Source of the DNA: Nemertoderma westbladi
Lineage: Eukaryota > Animalia > Xenacoelomorpha
Direction: 5' to 3'
DNA: 64,000 bases
NCBI GenBank assembly: GCA_032718475.1
Contig: JAUCBJ010002030.1
Location: 1 to 64,000, forward strand
Made by a program: the position numbers and the translations under genes. Shown piece by piece: positions 34,366 to 44,427 of the stretch. The notes beneath the pieces are model-generated. The model worked only from the letters and a program-made list of their open reading frames with translations, made no database searches and had not been told where the DNA came from. The first letter of the stretch is position 1, and the number at the start of each line of letters is the position of its first letter.

Positions 34366-37300
34366 TCAGTTTGAGGATGGCAAGGTGATTCCTTCTGCCA
34401 CGATGTGCTGGTCAGTGTAGTTGGATTGAGTTTCTACCACTGCCTCCCTGGATATCAAAATGTACACATCCTCCAGTTTTAAGAATCCATCCCGCTCTTC
34501 TCGCTGGTATTCGATCTTCCTCCACTCCCGACGAAGTCGATGGTGGAGTCGTCCTATGATCTTTAATAGGACTGTAGGGGTATTCCCGTAGTCAAGTTGT
34601 CCAATGGATCTCAAAGTAGTGATAGCGTTCTTTATCTCGTCAGCCAGTTTCAATAAGTCTACGGGTTTAGTAATAGCCCCTCCCTTACAGAGTTCCTCTA
34701 TCACTGACCTGGCCATGCTGACTGTACCTCTGTAGATCGAAGTTAAACGATCGTACGCTAGTTCGAAAGCGTCCGGTACACCAACAAAGGTCTCCGCCAA
34801 ACGTTTAGGTTCTCCTGACAACGTTTGAAGCAGGTAATTAAACTTCTCCCGTGATGTAAAGGCGCACACGGCGATCTGAGATTCGATATAGTCTACGAAA
34901 GTGTGCCAGTGTTTTGAACTACCGGAAAACTTCGGTGGTTGTTGTACCGGCAATCCCTGTCTGGCTGCGAATTTCGCTATCTCCTCGGCAACGTTCAGAA
35001 TTTCGCGTCCTTGGTTGGTAATCTGGTTGATATCCCTTCTTGGCGCTTTTCCCTGATACGATGTGTGTTTTGAAGGTACCGGTCTTTGTGGTTCCTTCGG
35101 GTGTCTATTGTGTTCGAATTCAGTGTTCCTCGAACTATCGGTTTGAACTTCCTCCAGACGTTCCTCAATCTGAGCCAACTTGTTAACAACTGGTCGCAGG
35201 ATGTCGGCGAACTGTTGTATACTGATTGCGTCCGTTGGTTGTAACGCCTTCTGTGTTGGTGTATTCTGTGGAGGATTGTCTACAAAGGAGTTGTCTGAAC
35301 GCTCGCGTTTATATTCATCGGCCGCCCCTGTTCTAAATACCTCGCGTTTCGGGTAATCCGATTCGCTCGAAGTACTACTATCATCTGGATATGGTGGTCG
35401 ACATGTTCGCGTCCGTTGCGTCGTCCGAATTCTAACGTTTCGCCTCGGAACATCGTCCACTGATCTCCGCTGCTCGGTAGGCTCACAAGTCTTCCTTGAA
35501 GTCGTAGATTGCGATGTAAACTGGTTGAACGGTCGCATATCCACTGGTCTCCGTTGTTCGGTAGGCTCACAAGTCTTCCTCGAAGTCGTAGATTGCGATG
35601 TAAACTGGACCGGTGGTCGAATAGCCGCCTTTGAATCAACTGGCCTTGTAGGCCGAAATGTCATTGGGTATTCGTAGTGTGTAACCGGTTTAGGTGTCAA
35701 AGGTGGACTCACGTGTTTTGTCGTTAGTAGTGCAGGTCCGGTCAATAAACTACTACGATCTGTAATCGGTGGGTTACTTACCTTGACTTTCAGAATAGGC
35801 GACGACGTTGCTCTTGGCGGTGTAAACTTGTCCGGAATAACAAACCTGTGTTCCGTCGCACCATGGATAGGAGAAATATCACTACTACCCGCAATCGAAA
35901 CAGGTTTCTTAGTTGTAACTGGTGCGAACATAGGGGTTACTTGAGGGAATCTTTGACATAAGTCTTTAACTAATTGTCGTTCCCGTCCGGGTGCTCCTAC
36001 GCTTCCTTCCTTCTTCCGTTCCTGAATTTGGCGATGTCTTACCTCTAACTGGTCCAAATCATGTCCGTCACGAGATCTCATTGATCGATCGCGGGCCTTT
36101 TGATCCAGATCCTCCTCGGCGTTCGCTAATTCTCTCGCCTTCTTCTCGAGTTCAAAATGAAGTTTAGCTGTCTTCTCTCGTTGTTCCGTTTGTTGTCGTT
36201 GCGCCTCAAACTCCGCTTGTCGTATAGCGGATTGAGCTTTTATTTGCCGTGTTTTCATTTCGGCCCGTGCTTCCGAAACTAATCGTTCTCGCTCTAATTC
36301 CGCCACTGCCGTTTGTCGCTCTAGTTCTGCCATTTGTCGCTCTAATTCCGCCGCTGCCGTTTGTCGCTCTAGTTCGGCCGCTGCCGTTTGTCGCTTTAAT
36401 TCTGCCGTTTGTCGCTCTAATTCCGCCGCTGCCGTTTGTCGCTCTAGTTCTGCCGCTGCGTTTCGTTGCGCTAAATCAGCCGCTGCCGTTCGTTGAGCAA
36501 TGTCTACCTCTAACCTTTCTACTTCAGCTGCTTCTAATTCAGCTTGTTCCTGTAGATGAGAGATTCTCGCTACATTCGCAACGCGTAGCTTCTCTTCTTC
36601 TGCTGCTGCCTGCATCACTAGAAGTTGAGCTTGTTCCTCCATTTCTCGTCGTTGTCGGTAGAATTCTTGCTGTTGTCGAGCAACTTCTGACGTAACCATA
36701 CTTCCCTCGCCAATTTCGCTACGAATACTTACCAACGATTGATCCAATATTCCCGTTGCCGATTCGATTCGTACGGGTGAAGTTTCCCTCGTATATTCCG
36801 GCACGGTTTCCAAATCGCCGACGTCGACGCACATACGTAAGTGATCCGTCAGGTGTTTCAATTGTCCATCCAGTCGGTACAGTTCCTGTTCTTCCTCGGG
36901 TTGTAATAATTCGTCCGAAACTGACTCACCTAACAACTGGTCCGCTTGTTCCTGTTGTATCTGCCTAATCGTCGACTTAAACTGAATCAGTTTCTCTCTA
37001 GCGATCATTAGTTTATCGAGGATTCTAAGTTGAGTATCCATGTCCTGTCTCTGTCTAGCTAGATCTTGTAGACCAATTAGGTTATCTACGGACTTGTGTA
37101 CTCTACTTTGTACTCTAACCTGGAGGGTGTAGAACTCGAATCGAGACATCGGAGCGGTCAACTCGTTTAAAATGCGTTGGCCTTCTCCAATACTCCTGGT
37201 TATATGCGCCATGTATCCGCCGACGCTTCTAACCACACTCTCCTGACTTCCTGCTGAACTTACCATGTCTGTTTCCCTGTATCTAGGTTGTGGAACAGTT

Positions 37301-37494
37301 AGAAAGTCCTCGGTCCTGCCGTCGCCTCGTACTACGGCATCCGGTACTCCCGTTGGATGTACTGGTGACGCACACGGTGTAGGTTCGGTAGGCTCGCGAG
37401 TCTTCCCCTGTTGTTCTTCCGCTGCTGACTTATCTCCGTCGCATGAGTCATAGTCGGTAGGTGTATTCTTCGTATAGTCTTGTTTGTCACTCAT
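34366..37494 (-). CDS. gag: BEL-2 gag (coiled-coil region plus BEL capsid-like domain)
   Basis: 1042 aa; AAAELERQT tandem repeats; PPKFSGSSKHWHTF...KFNYLLQTLSGEP typical of BEL/Pao gag. Confidence 0.9.
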   Translation of the reverse strand: MSDKQDYTKNTPTDYDSCDGDKSAAEEQQGKTREPTEPTPCASPVHPTGVPDAVVRGDGRTEDFLTVPQPRYRETDMVSSAGSQESVVRSVGGYMAHITRSIGEGQRILNELTAPMSRFEFYTLQVRVQSRVHKSVDNLIGLQDLARQRQDMDTQLRILDKLMIAREKLIQFKSTIRQIQQEQADQLLGESVSDELLQPEEEQELYRLDGQLKHLTDHLRMCVDVGDLETVPEYTRETSPVRIESATGILDQSLVSIRSEIGEGSMVTSEVARQQQEFYRQRREMEEQAQLLVMQAAAEEEKLRVANVARISHLQEQAELEAAEVERLEVDIAQRTAAADLAQRNAAAELERQTAAAELERQTAELKRQTAAAELERQTAAAELERQMAELERQTAVAELERERLVSEARAEMKTRQIKAQSAIRQAEFEAQRQQTEQREKTAKLHFELEKKARELANAEEDLDQKARDRSMRSRDGHDLDQLEVRHRQIQERKKEGSVGAPGRERQLVKDLCQRFPQVTPMFAPVTTKKPVSIAGSSDISPIHGATEHRFVIPDKFTPPRATSSPILKVKVSNPPITDRSSLLTGPALLTTKHVSPPLTPKPVTHYEYPMTFRPTRPVDSKAAIRPPVQFTSQSTTSRKTCEPTEQRRPVDMRPFNQFTSQSTTSRKTCEPTEQRRSVDDVPRRNVRIRTTQRTRTCRPPYPDDSSTSSESDYPKREVFRTGAADEYKRERSDNSFVDNPPQNTPTQKALQPTDAISIQQFADILRPVVNKLAQIEERLEEVQTDSSRNTEFEHNRHPKEPQRPVPSKHTSYQGKAPRRDINQITNQGREILNVAEEIAKFAARQGLPVQQPPKFSGSSKHWHTFVDYIESQIAVCAFTSREKFNYLLQTLSGEPKRLAETFVGVPDAFELAYDRLTSIYRGTVSMARSVIEELCKGGAITKPVDLLKLADEIKNAITTLRSIGQLDYGNTPTVLLKIIGRLHHRLRREWRKIEYQREERDGFLKLEDVYILISREAVVETQSNYTDQHIVAEGITLPSSN

Positions 37495-38293
37495 TTCGGT
37501 AGTTGTAAGTCAAGTAAAGTGAGTGTCAAAGTATCAAACTTACCATATTTTATCTAAACGGTACTAATTACAGTCATATAAAATTAGCCTACCGGCCGAT
37601 TTTATAGCAGATGGATAAAATTAGCCTAAACGGCCAATTTTACAGCAAATAAATGTCACGGAATAAGTATATAATAAAATTAGCCTAGCGGCCAATTTTA
37701 TAACAAATAAATCGGATAACGATATGCGTTATCAAAAGGTAAATTAAATACAATAATACGGACTAATTCAGCAATGAACAAAGAAATCGTACGGAATGCA
37801 TAAATACTTGAGGCAGTGGAACCCACAATAATTTTAACTAATACGGTAATGCCTAACTTATTTATGCAACTTTTCGAACTCACCCACTCCAATAATTCTC
37901 CAGAAAAACAGATTCCCAGATACAAACCGGACGTGAACCTTTCCGTTTTTAACGTTGCGGACGAAGCGCGATTTTCCCAACCAAAGTTGTTGAGTTATCT
38001 ATCTCCCAAACTTGCTAAACACGGTCTTGCTCCCGTTACAGTCTAGAAATGAGTTCTGAATCCTGAAAAAACAAAAGAGTTAGGTTTTACTTTTTACGAA
38101 AATTTTGTACCGGTACAATATGGTATTTAAACCCTTTTAAACACCGGTATTCAATTCCAAAATATTTTACACGCGGTTCAAATCAAATTTTTATTTCAAA
38201 AAATTAGCACTTAGCTAATCAAATACAAATTTTTACCTCAAAATACAAAATTTTCAAATAACTTTAGTCCTACCGAACCGTAGTTCAGTAAAA

Positions 38294-38304
38294 CATATTC
38301 CTAC
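38294..38304 (-). promoter_or_regulatory. BEL-2 non-tRNA primer-binding site (putative self-priming)
   Basis: GTAGGAATATG abuts the 5' LTR and is exactly complementary to sense-strand CATATTCCTAC at 39342-39332 (3' LTR copy 22760-22750). Confidence 0.75.
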
Positions 38305-41127
38305 TAATGCGAAGAGACAGTAACAATACCTGCAATATCCTACTGTAAAGTTTGTGAATCAAATCATAAATCCGACCTTCTCACCAAACAGTAAACTCTA
38401 AGTAAGCGAATATATTGCAGTATCGATCTCTTATAACCGGTGAGGCAGAAAACAGTCTACGAGCAGACAAACTTCGATAAAACAAAATCCCGCGCAGCGA
38501 ATCCTAAAATCAGGCTGACTCACTGACGGACTAAAGGGCTCGTATACTTTGCCGCGGTGTGATTTATATGGTTGGGCAAAGAGACGCTAGCTAGGTACAG
38601 AGGCAGAGATTTGGAGATGTCTAACTAGCGGGCAAAACACAGTAAGGACGAAAGTTAATTTTATATATTTTGAGGTGTAAATAATTTCTAACGCGCGTGT
38701 GTTAATTCTGAACGGTCAAAAGCAGTTTTGCTCCTTCACATATATAATTACTGGGTACGGTGTGCATTTTACGAATATTCTAATTTTGTAACTTGTAGGT
38801 CCAATACTCACGAATGATAAGGTTCCTTCCCCTCTTGCGTATTTCCAGGACTCAAATTCAGGCATAAGGTTAATGCTATGCCCAGAATTCGGCAATTTTA
38901 ATTTACCAGGTCCCTAATACTAAGAAGAAATGTGTTAGTTTACTACAGTAGGCGTACGGTTACGAATAGCTATCCTGGCTCTTATCTAGAATTTTAGTCA
39001 CCTAGGTAGGCTGGGTAACTTCCTATCAGGACGTTGGCGGGGACACGGTAGATGTTAGTATATCCCTAATAGCCTCAATTTATTTGCGCCTAGTTGTAAA
39101 CTGCCCTACCGCCTGAACGGTACAATCCCAATTCAGGTGAAACACAGCAACCCTCCTAGCCTACAAGTTCTAATGCAATGGACACCATTGTACTGCAAAT
39201 AGTCGCAAACGCACCTGTACTTAGCAAGAGTTAGGCGTACAGTTTGCTGCACCCTACCAATGTGTATGCTTCGTACCGGCGTACCTACGTCCTATCTGCG
39301 TACTAGTATCTGCCTGCTCTCTCCCTCCCCCGTAGGAATATGAAGGTCTACTGTGGTTCTTTCCTGAATCAAGACAGTACAGTCCCTAAGATGTAATTTT
39401 AGGCTCACAGCGTGTCACTACTTCTACCTTTGATCTTTGGTCTTACGCTTAGGTAGCAAGGCGTCGAACGCTGTCTAACCTTTCAGGCGATGGGCGAATA
39501 ACTAAGGTGGTATTGCGGGTTGTCTCCTGTCTACATTCCCTTGATGTTCCCGTTCATTGCTGCGGCCCGATCTCTAGCCGGCCATCCTGTTCCTAAGAGT
39601 GTTCACCGTAGTGAATCATGGTGAAAAGAAAAGCAGATAGCAGTATTTCTGAATTTATTGCAGATAATAATACAAAATGTAATCTGAAAACTAATGACAG
39701 AATAAACAAGATTGAGTAACTAATAAGATTAGATAGATTGCACTGAGATTGATAACTAATGAACAAATCGCACCTTTATATAGCAAATTTGTGCTGCAAT
39801 CAATCGAGAAAATTCTCGATTGTTCTATAGGTTCTAACAGGTTTTTAAAGATAGCTATTGGTCCAGCTAATATATAACTTGCACGACATTGGATACAATC
39901 TAATAACTGCAGTCTCATTGGTTAATCTAGGTACAAACAAATGCAATGGAGCCACTCCACGAGGCGAACCGCGCGGCACTGCGGGCGGCCACAACAACGC
40001 CACTCGAGATCGCCCGTCTTAACGTTGTTGACGACCCGGTATCCGGTTGTTGGCTGGACGCTATTCCCATCAGCTCGCTAGGGCTGAAACTCACGGACTC
40101 CCAGTTCAGGGTTTCTGTCGCCACACGCCTCGGTTGCAAGTTAACCGAACCCCACAGGTGCTCCCGGTGCGGATCCGAAGTAAAACCGGATGGTCTCCAC
40201 GGACTATCCTGTGTGAGAAGCGCCGGGAGGCTGCCACGCCACTCTATGTTAAACGACATAGTGAAACGTGCATTGGCCTCCTGTGGGGTTAGAGCTCGCC
40301 TTGAACCGGTCGGGTTGTGTAGGGCTGATGGGAAGCGTGTCGATGGCGTTACCCTCGAATCGTGGAGTGGGGGCCGGCCGATGACTGGGATGCGACCGTC
40401 GTCGACCCCCTCGCTCCCAGTCATCTCGCCCAGAGCATGCAGGCCGGCCGCCATGTTGTCGAGGAGGCGGAAAACTCAAAGATTAAGAAATACGAGGAAC
40501 TGACCGTCCGAGGGAGCTACCTCTTCTACCCGGTAGCATTCGAGACCTTCGGTCGGCCCGGTCCTGAGACGGCTGCATTCCTTAAGGAGGTTGGCCGACG
40601 CCTCCACGCAGCCACTCAGGAGCCGCGATCCCATCGGTTCCTCCTCCAACGTCTCCTCGTAGCCATCTTGATCGGCAACACGGCCTCCATCCTCGGCTCC
40701 ATGGACCCTCTGTCCGACGGCCTCTACGACGAGGTTTTGTCGCCAGCTGCCCCCGCACCCCCCACTGACTCAGCGGGTTAGACTGATCTTGAACTTTTGT
40801 ATATAGTTAGGTAGGTAGTTTATATTAATTTAGTTAGTGTGCCTCATTGTGCTATAAGAAAATAATGCAATTTAATTTGTAGCGGTTAATTTAAATGAGT
40901 TGAAATTCTGTACAAAAAATAATTCGCACTTACTAGGATTCGAACTCAATACCTACTACACATATAATTTCCAACGCTCTACCGACTGAGCTACTGAACC
41001 ACTTGACTAAACGTCGTACAATAGATATAATAAATACAAATGAGGACTCAAAGTAATCTTTTACAAAGTTAATTCGAATAAAATAAAATTTTGAAAATCC
41101 ACGGCATTTAGGGAATATAATTCTATA
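38305..41127 (-). repeat. BEL-2 5' LTR (interrupted by CRE-like insertion)
   Basis: 2823 bp minus the 916-bp insert and 8-bp TSD equals 1899 bp, matching the 3' LTR. Confidence 0.96.
39948..40863 (+). mobile_element. 5'-truncated CRE-like (RLE) non-LTR retrotransposon
   Basis: Absent from the other LTR; 8-bp TSD AATGCAAT (39940-39947, 40864-40871). Encodes CSRC..DGLHGLSC, RHSMLND, DGKRVDG, WDATVVD, AENSKIKKY, FYPVAFETFG across one frameshift. Confidence 0.88.
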
Positions 41128-41209
41128 TAGGGAACAATAGCACTATACAACGAATAATAATAAAAGCAATACATGCAATTATAAGAAAGAAAATAAAAAA
41201 TATGACTCA

Positions 41210-43849
41210 TTGTGGATCAATATAGGCGATACTCTAGTAGGTGTATTCTACATACCACCACATGCTAATAATATTTGGGATGACCTGGCCGAGGAAATGG
41301 AGAATGCTACCAATGCATCTCAAAATGTCCTTCTAATGGGTGATTTCAATGTTAATTATCAATCCACATATGACCCCCAATCAAAAAATAACTCTGCATA
41401 TTATAAAAACAAGCAATTCCTGGAAATACTAACGACATACAACTTACAAATCCTAAATACCGAGCACCCCACTAGATATAAAGCAAAAACCAGCTCTCTT
41501 ATAGACATGTTCATAACCACCTCAAATAATACAGATAACTATATTGAATGCAATACATTTCCGGCTGACTTTTCCGATCACGAATTTATAGTACTGAAAT
41601 CCAAACAAGTAATTTCACAACCACCACAAAACACGAAACCAGTATATTCTACAGTTAAATTCCGCGATCTATCACATTTCAATGAATCTGATTTTCTTAA
41701 TGAAATTAGTAAAATTGACTGGACGAATAATTATTTTACAAGCAATGTAGATTACGTTTATGACAACTTCGAAAATAAATTTAATGAAATATATGATAAG
41801 CATGCACCAATTAAAACTAAATGCATACGATCTAGCAATAATATCAAAAGCAACTTGCACAACATATCACTATGGTGGAACTCAGAACTATCATCCCTAA
41901 ATATTGAAAAACAGCAAAAATTAATCAGGTGGAGACATTCAAAAAGTGAAAGTGACTTTGCAGACTATAAAACAATTCGAAATAAATTTAACTCACTAAA
42001 TAAAAACCTAAAGAATAAATATATAAAATCAAAACTAAATGATGCAACTGCAATAAAAGACAAATGGGCAATATTAAATAAAATCACTAATAATAATAAA
42101 AAAACCGAGCAAACTATATCGTCCTTAATTAATCACGCAACAGGCTCTATTATTTATAACATATTACCAATGGCGAACCTACTTAATGACACATATCTAA
42201 ATCTGGGTAACTTTCAAAGCACTGGCTATATAAAAAGACATTGTACTGTTCACTCTAGTTTCAGCTTTAAGAACGTAACCGAATTAGAAATATTTGAAAT
42301 AATATCTAAAATAAACACAAATAAACCAACTGGTCCGTCAATATTAAGTCCAAAATTAATAAAACTAATTGCACCGTATATTACCATACCACTAACTCAC
42401 ATCACAAACTTATGCCTAACGTCAAGCACTTTTCCTTCTCGGCTAAAATCAACCTTTATTACTCCTGTATTCAAAAAAGGGTCTCGAGATGAACCATCTA
42501 ATTATAGACCTATTTCTGTCACATCAACATTCGAAAAAATAATTGAAACAGTCATATATCACCAAATTACAAAATATCTACACAACAATAAAATACTACA
42601 AAGTAAGCAATTTGGTTTCAGAAAAGGGTATTCTACAGCAGACGCCGTTTTATTTGCAACCGAGTCTTGGAAACGCGAACTTAACGAAAAAAAATATATT
42701 GCTATTGGAGTACTAGATCTCTCTAAAGCTTTCAACTCCCTCCAGCACGACATTCTCCTAGATAAATTAATAGAAATTGGATTCCAATCGAATGCTGTTG
42801 CACTTATTAAAAGTTATCTTCTCGACCGCCCGCAAGCTGTAAAATTAAGCAAAATGTTCTCAGACTGGAAAATTTGCAATAGGGGTATACCACAGGGCAC
42901 CAAACTTGGACCATTATTGTTTTTAATATATGTCAATGACTTTGCAAATCAAATAAATTTGGAAACAATCCAATATGCCGATGACACTCTTATATATTGC
43001 TCGCACCCAAATGCACATACTGCAGTAAAACAACTAAACAATCAAATCACATATATTAGCCAGCTATTCGCAACACTAGGTATGAAATTAAACTCAAATA
43101 AAACAGAACTTCTTGTTATATCCCCATTAAAGAGAACAGACGAATTAAATAATCTACATCTTGTGCTTAATAATGACATAATTAAACAATCAACCACAAT
43201 TAAATATTTAGGCATCATCATAGATAACAGATTATCATGGAAGGACCAAATAAAAACTACTACATCTAAAATGGCAGCGGCCACATCCACAATACGCCAA
43301 ATAAAAGGACAATTGCCAATCTCTACGAAATTAATGTTATACAAAGCTCTAGTCATGCCGTACCATAACTACTGTAGTATCTTAACAGCGACATATAATA
43401 ATACTCACGGATATAAGGAACTACTGTACAAAATGGATAAGATTCAAAATTACGCACTTAGGCTAATCTATAACAAAAAAATACGAGAAACTTCAGGAAC
43501 AGAACTAAGACAATTAGCTAGGATCCCGCACCTTAACGCACTGAGAGAATACCACGCAATACAATATTTCTATAAATACATGTTCAACATTATCCCAGCA
43601 TTTAAATCATTAAAACTCCCGTTCATCAATCAAATATCACTATCTAATAGGCAAATAAATCCACGAACTAAAAAAATAAAAGTTCCAAAAACAACAAACA
43701 GATTTGGTCACAACTCTTTTATTGTCACATGCATAAAATCATGGAACAATTTACCTAATAACATTCGTAAATTTGCACTCAATAATAATTTTTTATCACT
43801 ATTGGAAAATTACTACATAACACAATATGAAAGAAAAGCAGTAACATAA
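41210..43849 (+). pseudogene. LINE ORF2 (APE endonuclease C-terminal part plus RT), CR1/L2 group; disrupted by BEL-2
   Basis: LMGDFN, SLIDMF, FSDHE, NYRPIS, QFGFRKG, LDLSKAF, GIPQGTKLGP, QYADD, KYLGI, SWNNLP. Confidence 0.93.
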
Positions 43850-44427
43850 TCACTTAACTATACATTATTATAAAAGTCAGGCTATAAAAGAAGGGAAGGG
43901 GGGGGGGGTGGGGTGGGGGGGGGGGGGGGGGGGCAAGTATGTAAGGTGCTTGTAATTTTTCGTGTTATTTTATCTATACTGTGTATTGATATTGAAGTAT
44001 GGAGTACGTGGATATTAGTTTTATTTATGCATGGTATGTGTGGGGTGTGCGGAAGTGCATGTTTATGCATGGGATGGGCTTGATAATACGGGTTGATAAT
44101 GCGATAGTACGTTAATAGTTTATGTATGGCTGAGCCTGGCCCATGCACGTAGTTTTATTTAACCATACACCATACAACTTTAGTTAACTAAGTACGGTTG
44201 TAATGTGTACAGTAAATATCTTATTCTATTGTTTAGTGTCGTATTATTTACAAATTATACTGTGTCAACACATACATAGAAGATGGACCAAGTCCATCCA
44301 GCCCGCTGACTTTGACCTTTTAAACTATCAGTTTAATGTGTAACTTCGGTGCCATTTCACTGCCTTTAGTCCAGCATGCTGGCTAAAGTTTTAAGGTTAA
44401 TATAATTGAATTTTGTTTGTTTTGTTT

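Larger units (their letters stand above)
21723..41127 (-). mobile_element. BEL-2: young full-length BEL/Pao LTR retrotransposon with extra ORF3
   Basis: Two 1899-bp LTRs (about 7 substitutions seen by eye), 5-bp TSD TAGGG (21718-21722, 41128-41132), domain order gag-PR-RT-RH-IN with BEL/Pao signatures. Confidence 0.96.
21550..44427 (+). mobile_element. 5'-truncated CR1/L2-group LINE, interrupted by BEL-2 (ends approximate)
   Basis: APE endonuclease start (CISETWL...RQDR...GGGV) at 21550-21722 resumes after the BEL-2 TSD at 41133. The 3' UTR has a hairpin ctttagtccagcatgctggctaaag (~44365-44389) and a (ttttg)n tail. Confidence 0.85.
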
